Shown in pieces: positions 20,028 through 27,131 of a stretch of DNA of 64,000 nucleotides (position 1 is the stretch's first letter; each line of letters opens with the position of its first letter). This DNA is from Eubacteriales bacterium (GTDB taxonomy: Bacteria; Bacillota; Clostridia; Oscillospirales; CAG-272): NCBI GenBank assembly GCA_045657105.1, contig JAZOSN010000059.1, forward strand, positions 196-64,195. The letters run 5' to 3'. The notes beneath the pieces were generated by a model. That model searched no databases. It had not been told where the DNA came from and saw nothing but the letters and a program-made list of their open reading frames with translations. Position numbers and translations under genes: made by a program.

Positions 20028-21323
20028 ATGAAAAACAAAACATTTAATAGGATCCTGAGCCTTGTGCTCTCTATCGCGTTCGTCCTGTCACTCTGCGTAG
20101 CATTTACCGCGTGCAAGAGCGAGGACGGCAGCTCGGACTCCGATAAAAACGACGACACGCCCAAGGGTACACTCGATTACAAGGTAAATCTCGTCAACTA
20201 TGCAGGCGAGGCGGTCAGCGACGTAGTAGTACATGTTCTAAAAAACGGAGAACAGGTCAAAATGAACGTCGCAGGTCCTACCGGATCGGTAAAATTCTCG
20301 CTTGATGCAGGAGATTACACCGTTTCTCTCGAATCGGTTGACAGTGACAAGACGTTCAGCTACGACGAGAGCTCCTGCGTTCTCAGCGCAGAGGCTCCCG
20401 AGATCACGGTAGTCCTTTATAACGGACTCGAAGAATCGGGAAACATTACGTTCACCGTGAACGATGCCGACGTCGAGTACAAGACTCACAGAGCGTCGGT
20501 CGGCGGAAGCTTTATAAAGATTCCTGCCAAAAATTCAGCGTATTTCATCTTCACTCCGGCAAAGCAAGGGCACTATAAAATATCCTCGTCCGATCCTTCG
20601 GTAAAGGTTGAATACCGCGGTGCTCCCACGTTTCCCCTTCCCTACAACGTAGCCGATATGGAAAGTGACGGATCGTTCTTCCTTAACGTCAAGGACTCCA
20701 ACATAGGAACGAACGGAACGGGCACGTCACAGTATATTATCGGTATGACGAACGAGTCGGACAGTGATATTTCCTCTGTTTTGAAGATCGAGCGCGAGGG
20801 GGATTTCGTAAGAGATATAATCGACGAGCCCTGGCAGGATATTATGCCGAAGGGCAAGCTTGAAAAGTACGTTCCCGAAACTCCTCTTACCGAAAAAATG
20901 CTCACAAGCCTTGATATCACAAGCACAGGTCTTAATGTCGTATTCAACGAAAACGACGGATATTATCACCTCGGAAGCGCAGACGGCCCTCTCGTGCTCG
21001 TCCGCATTTCGAGCGCAAGTGATCACATCGCTTCCTTTACCGAAATGTGCGAAACCGACAGACTCGGCGCGTACATTTACGACGAGGACGGCAAGTTTGC
21101 AAGAAAAGAAAGCTTCAACGAGCTTATTGCAAAATATGCCGAGATATGCGACGAGGTGACAGGCGTATGTCCTCTCGACAAGGATCTCGAATATATGATA
21201 AAGACAGTCGGCGGATACAAGGGCTGGTGGAATTACGAAGCAGGAACGCAGATATTTACCGATATTATCGTTCCCGTACAGAACGCTTGGCTCTTTGCCT
21301 GCTGCTACGTTTCGGCAAGCTAA
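20028..21323 (+). CDS. Lipoprotein paralogous to the C-terminal modules of the preceding gene (431 aa)
   Basis: Lipobox VAFTAC. Ig-like domain YKVNLVNYAGEAVSDVVVHVLKNGEQV. PPC-like segment AYFIFTPAKQGHYKISSSD. DGYYHLGSADGPLVLV module ending NAWLFACCYV. Only 23 nt downstream of the previous gene, with a GAGGA RBS. Confidence 0.7.
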   Translation: MKNKTFNRILSLVLSIAFVLSLCVAFTACKSEDGSSDSDKNDDTPKGTLDYKVNLVNYAGEAVSDVVVHVLKNGEQVKMNVAGPTGSVKFSLDAGDYTVSLESVDSDKTFSYDESSCVLSAEAPEITVVLYNGLEESGNITFTVNDADVEYKTHRASVGGSFIKIPAKNSAYFIFTPAKQGHYKISSSDPSVKVEYRGAPTFPLPYNVADMESDGSFFLNVKDSNIGTNGTGTSQYIIGMTNESDSDISSVLKIEREGDFVRDIIDEPWQDIMPKGKLEKYVPETPLTEKMLTSLDITSTGLNVVFNENDGYYHLGSADGPLVLVRISSASDHIASFTEMCETDRLGAYIYDEDGKFARKESFNELIAKYAEICDEVTGVCPLDKDLEYMIKTVGGYKGWWNYEAGTQIFTDIIVPVQNAWLFACCYVSAS

Positions 21324-21336
21324 GTTAAAAAAACGA

Positions 21337-21372
21337 AAAAATCGGTCGGATCAATCCGACCGATTTTATTTT
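21337..21372 (+). terminator. Rho-independent terminator after the second lipoprotein gene
   Basis: AAAATCGGTCGGAT-caa-TCCGACCGATTTTATTTT. Confidence 0.65.
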
Positions 21373-21446
21373 GTCAAATCGGCGTCTTTTTTTTGGATTT
21401 TAACACAAAAGTTTCATATTTTCAAAGAATTATTTTCAGAAAGCTA

Positions 21447-21475
21447 TTGTAATATCGACTGCGAAGTGGTATAAT
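21447..21475 (+). promoter_or_regulatory. Promoter candidate for the third lipoprotein gene
   Basis: TTGTAA (21447-21452), 17-nt spacer, TATAAT (21470-21475), 40 nt upstream of ATG 21515. Confidence 0.45.
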
Positions 21476-21514
21476 GTCGGTGTTCAAAAATTAAAAAATA
21501 TCAGGAGGATAAAT

Positions 21515-22273
21515 ATGAACAGTTCAGGTAGATTTACAAAACTGCTTGCTGTTATCTCGCTCATTCTTTGCTTTGCATTTATTTTCTGTGCTTGCAATAC
21601 GGCATCGGATAACGGCGACGGTGACAAGAACGACGATAAGGATAACACGACCGACGTAGGCGGCGATGACGATACCGACATCGGTGAAGGTGACGACGAT
21701 AGCGACGACGATCAGACGCCCGACGACGGCAAGATAACCTATACGGTAAACGTAAAGGACATCGACGGAAATCCCGTAGAAGGCGTCAAAATTCAGTTCT
21801 GTGTTGGCGAAAACTGCTTTACACCGGTGCTGAGTGATGCAAACGGCAAGGTCATCTGCTCTCTTGACGAAAACGATTACCACGTAACCGTTCCCTCGGA
21901 CGCGTACTCGGCAGAAAACGAAGAGTATTCCTTTGAGGAAGGCTCGACCACCCTTGACATCATCGTTTATAAGCTTCCCGACGGAAGCGCAGAGGATCCC
22001 ATTCCGGTGGTTGAGGATACTACCGCTGTCAAGGTAGGCAAGGGAGAAAAGAAGCATTATATCATCAGAAATCCCGAAGGAAGAAAGCTCACTGTAAACT
22101 GCAAGTTCGGCGTTGCGGTGCTCGAATACAACGGTCAGGTCTACGTTTCAAATAACGGCGTTATTGAGATAACACTGGTTGCAAGTGACGAAAGAACCGC
22201 AGTTGTCGCATTTTCCGCAAGAGATGATCTCGGTCAGGCATCTCCCGGACTCTTCGATATGATCCTTAGCTAA
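21515..22273 (+). CDS. Small lipoprotein with acidic linker and Ig-like domain, third member of the paralogous set (252 aa)
   Basis: Lipobox FIFCAC. Asp-rich linker (GDGDKNDDKDNTTDVGGDDDTDIGEGDDDSDDD). Ig-like YTVNVKDIDGNPVEGVKIQFCVGENCFTPVLSDANGKV. PPC-like GSAEDPIPV...KKHYIIRNPEGRKLTV. AGGAGG RBS. Confidence 0.7.
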   Translation: MNSSGRFTKLLAVISLILCFAFIFCACNTASDNGDGDKNDDKDNTTDVGGDDDTDIGEGDDDSDDDQTPDDGKITYTVNVKDIDGNPVEGVKIQFCVGENCFTPVLSDANGKVICSLDENDYHVTVPSDAYSAENEEYSFEEGSTTLDIIVYKLPDGSAEDPIPVVEDTTAVKVGKGEKKHYIIRNPEGRKLTVNCKFGVAVLEYNGQVYVSNNGVIEITLVASDERTAVVAFSARDDLGQASPGLFDMILS

Positions 22274-22276
22274 AAT

Positions 22277-22670
22277 AAAAATCCGTGCATAGCGTGATAC
22301 TCTTAACGGAGTATCACGCAGTCAAATCCGTCTTCGCCGGGTGAAATCCACCGTTGGTGGATGAAATCGCTTTCGCGATGAAATCCTGCTTCGCAGGGTT
22401 ATAACAGAAGGATTTGATTTCATCCAAGGCAACGCCTTGGATTTCATCTGAGTAAAGCGAAGATTTCATCGTGGCATAGCCACGATTTCATTTAACCAAC
22501 AGAAAAAGAGAGGACATTTCGGCTACGAACCGATTTGTTCTCTCTTTCTGCTTGTTATATGGGTTTGGGCTTAGCCCATTTGCGTTTGACTAGTCAAATG
22601 CGAAGCTTGCTTTTTTATCAAAGCGAAAATTCTCCGCTAAGGACATCACGCTATCTTGAACGGATTTTTT
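22277..22670. repeat. About 390-bp intergenic array of short perfect hairpins bounded by a 22-26 nt inverted repeat
   Basis: Boundary IR: AAAAATCCGTgcATAGCGTGAT (22277-22298) versus the revcomp of ATCACGCTATcttgaACGGATTTTTT (22645-22670). Internal hairpins are at 22292-22319, 22346-22362, 22366-22379, 22385-22397, 22422-22442, 22468-22486 and 22500-22550, plus a 14-bp perfect palindrome TTTGACTAGTCAAA at 22585-22598. Linkers are TGAAATC in the left half and GATTTCA in the right half. Confidence 0.6.
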
Positions 22671-22672
22671 AT

Positions 22673-24211
22673 TTAGTTCCCAAGCGCCTTTTCAATAGCC
22701 TCTACAAGCTCTGCCTTTTCCATCTTGGCTTCCGAGCGCGCTACGATAATACCGTCGGCGTCAACGACCACCGTCATAGGATACTGTCCCTTTCCGCCCA
22801 TAGCGAAATAGTAGCTCTCGCCCGCGTTGTTATGTCCGAACTTCATCGTGTAATTTTCAAAGCCGTGTTCGAAAATACAGAAGGTTATATCGTCCTCGCT
22901 GTCGTCTGCCGAGCATATTGCTATCATATCAATAGACACGCCCTTGTTTGTATACTCCTTATATACCTCTTCGAAATGAGGAAGCTCTTCAAGGCAGGGT
23001 TGACAGGTCGTATACCAGAAGTTTATGACCGTTATCTTTCCCTTGTTCTGCGATACGTTAAAGCTTCCCTCTCCGCCGTGAAGAATCTTTATATCCTCAC
23101 TTACGCAGATGTTTCCGATAGCGTAGCCGACTGTTGGCTCTCCGGTATCACCGCTTGGCGGCGGTGTATTTGTGACGGGTGCTTTATCAATAAAGTTGTA
23201 GTACACAAGGCTTCCGATAAGGAGCGCCGCCGCAAGCACTACCGATACGATCTTTACGGCAGTTACGCGCTTTTTGCGCTTTGCCTCGATTCTTTCCTTT
23301 TCCTCTTCGCTTGCATTTTCAGGGATCTCATTTGGCGGCAGGATTATCCTTGCGCCCTTCCACTGTATAGCGTTTGTCGGGCAGACGTCGATGCATTCAC
23401 CGCAGTTTATACACTCGTGATCGCCGACGTGACGAATATCCATCTTGCATTTACTGATGCAAAGTCCGCAGTCGATACATTTGGGCTTTTCAAGCTTTAT
23501 TCCGATAAGCGCGATCTTATTGAAAAGTCCGTAAAGCGCGCCGAGCGGACAGAAGAAACGGCAGAAGAAGCGGTAAATGAACACCGATCCTACGATAAAT
23601 ACGACCAAAAGCAGGAACTTCCAAGTAAAGAGCGGTCCGAGCAGTGAGAGCAGTCCGCTGTTTGCCTGATTCGAAAGAAGCCCGACTCCGCCTTCAAGCG
23701 TTCCCGCAGGGCAGATGTATTTACAAAAAGCGGGGATCTTGTCGCCTCTTGCGCTATATATGAGCGGTATGATTATCGCAAACACCGCAAGTATCACGTA
23801 TTTAAGATAAGAAAGAACTCTCGTTACTCTGTTTTTTTGGAGCTTCGGAGTCTTTATTTTATGTAAAAGATCCTGAATAAGTCCAAAAGGACAAAGGAAG
23901 CCGCATATCCAGCGTCCAAACAGCAGTCCGTAAAGCATAATGATTCCGAGCATATAATACGGAGCCGTCTTGTTCGCGTCGGCAAGAGCGTTTTGTAGCG
24001 CTCCGAGCGGACACGCCGCCGATGCTCCCGGGCAGGAATAGCAGTTGAGTCCGGGCGCGCACATGTTTTTTACCTTGCCGAGATAAATATATCCGTTGCC
24101 AAAGCCTTTCAGGTTGGCGTTAAAGAGCAGTGCGGCGTATAGCTGGATAAGCCTTCGCTTAAACGGCAGTTTGCTCTTTTTTGTTTTTTTGTTTTCTTTA
24201 TTTAAATTCAT
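22673..24211 (-). CDS. NapH/MauN-type membrane polyferredoxin fused through an extra TM helix to a C-terminal TlpA-like thioredoxin domain
   Basis: Four CxxCP-type motifs (CYSCPGASAACPLG, GRWICGFLCPFG, CKYICPAG, YRFFCRFFCPLG) set among TM helices. Two ferredoxin motifs (CIDCGLCISKC, CINCGECIDVCP). A Lys/Arg/Glu-rich segment, then TM VKIVSVVLAAALLIGSLVYYNF, then NFWYTTCQPCLEELP (CQPC at 22994-23005). Start taken at ATG 24211, 1 nt after the upstream stop. The ORF track uses TTG 24220. Confidence 0.8.
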   Translation of the reverse strand: MNLNKENKKTKKSKLPFKRRLIQLYAALLFNANLKGFGNGYIYLGKVKNMCAPGLNCYSCPGASAACPLGALQNALADANKTAPYYMLGIIMLYGLLFGRWICGFLCPFGLIQDLLHKIKTPKLQKNRVTRVLSYLKYVILAVFAIIIPLIYSARGDKIPAFCKYICPAGTLEGGVGLLSNQANSGLLSLLGPLFTWKFLLLVVFIVGSVFIYRFFCRFFCPLGALYGLFNKIALIGIKLEKPKCIDCGLCISKCKMDIRHVGDHECINCGECIDVCPTNAIQWKGARIILPPNEIPENASEEEKERIEAKRKKRVTAVKIVSVVLAAALLIGSLVYYNFIDKAPVTNTPPPSGDTGEPTVGYAIGNICVSEDIKILHGGEGSFNVSQNKGKITVINFWYTTCQPCLEELPHFEEVYKEYTNKGVSIDMIAICSADDSEDDITFCIFEHGFENYTMKFGHNNAGESYYFAMGGKGQYPMTVVVDADGIIVARSEAKMEKAELVEAIEKALGN

Positions 24212-24212
24212 A

Positions 24213-24992
24213 TCAGCCAAGTCCTATACATTCGGTACAAATTTTAATAGCCTTATCAAGCACGTCGCTCATTCCGCCGTTGAAAATTCCAAGCACTATA
24301 AATGCGACCGCTACGGCAAAAACAAGAGCCCTGGCGACTGCAAGAGAATAATTTTTCTTTCCCGTTGTCACCGCGATCGGCTTTATTTCCGCGCCGTTTT
24401 CTGCGGTAGCGGCGAGAGATTTTTTAAGCTCGGCTATTTCTTTGTTATAACTGTATTTTGAGTAAAACGAGAAAACCACGCCGACAGAAAAAGCAAATAC
24501 CGCACACGGCAGAAGGACCCACATAAGAGATATGATACTGCGGTTTATTTCGTCGGTAAAGCTCGACTCTTTAAAGATATACATAAAGACAGGAGCCGAC
24601 GATACCGCACAGAGTGAAAGAGCAATCGTTCTGAACATATCTCTGTCCGATGCGATCTTATCCGCTTCTTCACTGACTCCGCCTTTGTCCGCGAGCCTTG
24701 ACCGCAGTTTTGCGGCTACGCTTTTCGGATCGGGCGCAGGGCGAAGCTTCTTTTCTTCGAGCGGAAAAACAGCAGATATAACTACCGAGCCAACGAGTGC
24801 GGCAAGACAGACGACCGTCGGAACTATTATTTTTTTGAACTGTGCCGAAATACTCTCGGGCGTGAACGGGTGATCTCCGCTTTTATAGATCGTAACACAG
24901 GACACGATAAGGCAAATTCCGAGCAGGACAATAAGCACCGAAAGCGCTATGCCGTATATCAGATAAAGCCTTTCTTTATTTTTTTGTGACAT
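24213..24992 (-). CDS. Polytopic membrane protein ending in a CxxC tail (…KICTECIGLG)
   Basis: 259 aa with several hydrophobic helices. The C-terminal CTEC is at 24228-24239, immediately before the stop. Translationally coupled to the polyferredoxin gene. Confidence 0.65.
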   Translation of the reverse strand: MSQKNKERLYLIYGIALSVLIVLLGICLIVSCVTIYKSGDHPFTPESISAQFKKIIVPTVVCLAALVGSVVISAVFPLEEKKLRPAPDPKSVAAKLRSRLADKGGVSEEADKIASDRDMFRTIALSLCAVSSAPVFMYIFKESSFTDEINRSIISLMWVLLPCAVFAFSVGVVFSFYSKYSYNKEIAELKKSLAATAENGAEIKPIAVTTGKKNYSLAVARALVFAVAVAFIVLGIFNGGMSDVLDKAIKICTECIGLG

Positions 24993-25062
24993 AATTATCT
25001 CCGTTTCAAAGCATATATAGTAATTTTATCATACAATACACTTAAAGTCAAGTTTTTTATAT

Positions 25063-25093
25063 CAAAACGAAAGGTCGGCTTCCCGACCTTTTC
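25063..25093 (-). terminator. Rho-independent terminator after the 556-aa gene
   Basis: GAAAGGTCGG-cttc-CCGACCTTTTC, with a T-run on the minus strand (revcomp of CAAAACGA). Confidence 0.55.
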
Positions 25094-25094
25094 A

Positions 25095-26765
25095 TTATTT
25101 TTTGAATATCTCGATATGCACCGAAAGAGTATCCGTCGCCTTTGTGTAAAAGACCTTGTAGTGTCCGTGACGACTGCACGCGGTCTTTCCCGCGTCGACT
25201 ATCTCACCACTTGCCGTATATCTGCAAGTATATCCCCCGTAGGTGATTTCGAGCTTGTTTTTATCAAGGACGATCTCAGAGTACTCCTCTCCGTCAAACT
25301 CGAATGCCGGCAGGAGATGAGCGATCTCGCCGTCGCCCGAAGCGACTATATCGACACCGTTTTTGCCGACCGTATATCTCGTGCTGATAAGCGCGCCATC
25401 CGCAAGCGTCACGTCAAACGCCGCGCGCGCACACTTTTCGTCCGAGGAGAGCTCGGTCAGTTGATATTTTGAGTCCGGAGTCGTTGCAAAAATATAGCTT
25501 TCCTGCTTTTTGTGACCGACCGCAAGCGAAAGGTTACACGCGTCCTTCACGTCGATCTCATAGCTCGGAGTAGCACTGCACGGACTCGACATACAAACAC
25601 AACTCGGAGCGCAGTCCTTGTGAATTCTTCCAAGTCCTGACGCGTCGTAGTGCATATTGGAAAAGGTTTCAAATTCGAGGAAATATCCGCCCGCGCTTGC
25701 AAAAACCTTGTGGAACTCGTCCGATGTGGTTGCGGTGTACGGAATACTTCTGTCGATCTCTTTTATCTCTATATTGTCATCGCAGATAAGCTGTGCAACG
25801 TAAAGAAAAGATGCCGTAGTTATCATATATTTATCAAAATACGCGTAGTTCTCGCAACCGTATTTCGTTTCGGTCGGGAAGCGGTTTTTGATATGTCTTA
25901 TCGGCTCCTTCGAAAGCCAGTACTGCACGTTATCAAGCGCTTTTTTCGCCGCCGCCTTGAACTCTCCCGCAAGCGCGAGATCACCCTCCCTTGCATATCT
26001 GTTTGCCTCGTATTCAAGAACTATCGCGAGGTGAGCCTCATTGTGCGGAAACTGCGAGGAGCGTCCGCCAAACGGAACCTCTCCCGTGACAGACTGCATT
26101 TTGAGAGTAAGAAGCCCTGCTTTTCTAAGACAAGAGTCAAGCTCGTCGCGGTACATTCCGTTATAGCCGAAATGAAGAAGAACGGCAAAAAGTCCTCTCG
26201 GAACGAGGTCGTATACCATCGGCGGGTTTTCCTCGTCGTCGCGGTACATTCCGTTACAGTCAAGCCAGTGAAGCTGAGTCGGGATCTGAATATCCACAAA
26301 CTCGCTCGAATCGCAAAGTCCGATATAGGTACGCATATACTCGCTGACTGCGGTGAAAAGCGCCCAGTTGAAGATCTTATCGCTCGGCGTTTTGGCGTAC
26401 TGAGTGTAGCACTTTTCGGGTACTATCGTACGAAGGGAGTTTTTCCAGGACTCAATTTTTTCCTCTCTAACTATTCCCTTTCCGCTAAGCTCCATAATAC
26501 AGAAAATTATCTCTTTTACCGAAAAATCGTTTGCCGCCTTGACCTTAGGTATATTCTCACAGCAAAAATCCATCATTTCAAGGAATATCGGCAAAAGCTC
26601 TCTCTTTCGTCCGCGCGCGATAAGAATACCTATATCGGCAGTAAGCCTCGGAAATCCGTGTTCTTTAAGACCTCCCTCGCGGACCTCGTTAAAATATCGC
26701 TCGATATGCTCGTAGCTGTACGCTTCGAGCGTTCTTTCCATAAGAGAAATGTATCTTTCCTTCAT
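25095..26765 (-). CDS. Hypothetical cytoplasmic protein (556 aa); fold guess is alpha/alpha-toroid plus beta-sandwich (heparinase II/III-like)
   Basis: Long ATG-initiated ORF with no signal peptide. The helical N-terminal half and beta-rich C-terminal half are judged from composition only. I recognised no diagnostic motif. Confidence 0.5.
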   Translation of the reverse strand: MKERYISLMERTLEAYSYEHIERYFNEVREGGLKEHGFPRLTADIGILIARGRKRELLPIFLEMMDFCCENIPKVKAANDFSVKEIIFCIMELSGKGIVREEKIESWKNSLRTIVPEKCYTQYAKTPSDKIFNWALFTAVSEYMRTYIGLCDSSEFVDIQIPTQLHWLDCNGMYRDDEENPPMVYDLVPRGLFAVLLHFGYNGMYRDELDSCLRKAGLLTLKMQSVTGEVPFGGRSSQFPHNEAHLAIVLEYEANRYAREGDLALAGEFKAAAKKALDNVQYWLSKEPIRHIKNRFPTETKYGCENYAYFDKYMITTASFLYVAQLICDDNIEIKEIDRSIPYTATTSDEFHKVFASAGGYFLEFETFSNMHYDASGLGRIHKDCAPSCVCMSSPCSATPSYEIDVKDACNLSLAVGHKKQESYIFATTPDSKYQLTELSSDEKCARAAFDVTLADGALISTRYTVGKNGVDIVASGDGEIAHLLPAFEFDGEEYSEIVLDKNKLEITYGGYTCRYTASGEIVDAGKTACSRHGHYKVFYTKATDTLSVHIEIFKK

Positions 26766-26863
26766 ACGGCTCTCTCCTTACCATTTTTCGGATTTTATTA
26801 TAACAGACGTCGAAAAAAATGTCAATAAATTTCGTTATAAGGAAAAAAATATTATTATCTCGC

Positions 26864-26892
26864 TTGACAGACCGAGAAAGGCGTGCTATAAT
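26864..26892 (+). promoter_or_regulatory. Near-consensus sigma-A promoter for the SCIFF precursor
   Basis: TTGACA (26864-26869), 17-nt spacer, TATAAT (26887-26892), 36 nt upstream of ATG 26929. Confidence 0.55.
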
Positions 26893-26928
26893 AAGGTAAA
26901 TATAAAATACTAAACGGAGGAATTTATA

Positions 26929-27087
26929 ATGCGTATAAAGACTCTCGATACCAGAAATCTCTGCGAAAGCGCAAAGAACGGCGGTTGCGGCGAATGCCAG
27001 ACCTCCTGCCAGTCCGCTTGCAAGACCAGCTGCGGTATCGCTAACCAGCAGTGTGAAAACACCAAGAAGGAAAACGAAAACAAGTAA
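26929..27087 (+). CDS. scfA: Six-cysteine ranthipeptide precursor SCIFF (52 aa); absent from the ORF track because it is under 60 aa
   Basis: My translation is MRIKTLDTRNLCESAKNGGCGECQTSCQSACKTSCGIANQQCENTKKENENK. The core GGCGECQTSCQSACKTSC is the SCIFF family signature. GGAGG RBS 8 nt upstream. The cognate radical-SAM gene follows. Confidence 0.9.
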   Translation: MRIKTLDTRNLCESAKNGGCGECQTSCQSACKTSCGIANQQCENTKKENENK

Positions 27088-27101
27088 TCATTTTCGCTCC
27101 G

Positions 27102-27128
27102 AATGCCGCCTTTTTGGGCGGCATTTTT
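27102..27128 (+). terminator. Terminator/attenuator hairpin between SCIFF precursor and maturase
   Basis: AATGCCGCC-tttttg-GGCGGCATT followed by TTT, 15 nt after the precursor stop. Confidence 0.6.
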
Positions 27129-27131
27129 GGT

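Noticed and set aside
17164-20043. Minus-strand ORFs (156 and 406 aa) inside the 958-aa lipoprotein gene
   Set aside because: They are antisense artefacts. The plus-strand product has a lipobox, a thioredoxin motif and repeated modules shared with the next gene.
22341-22490. Possible CRISPR array (regularly spaced short repeats)
   Set aside because: The constant parts are only 7-9 nt linkers (TGAAATC/GATTTCA). The variable parts are themselves perfect palindromes of 13-21 nt. The array is mirror-symmetric, and no cas genes are nearby. This is the opposite of CRISPR repeat-spacer organisation.
22535-23647. 370-aa plus-strand ORF starting in the hairpin-rich intergenic region
   Set aside because: It is antisense to the polyferredoxin-thioredoxin gene, whose CxxCP, ferredoxin and CxxC motifs are decisive. 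It has no RBS, and its 5' end lies inside palindromic repeats.
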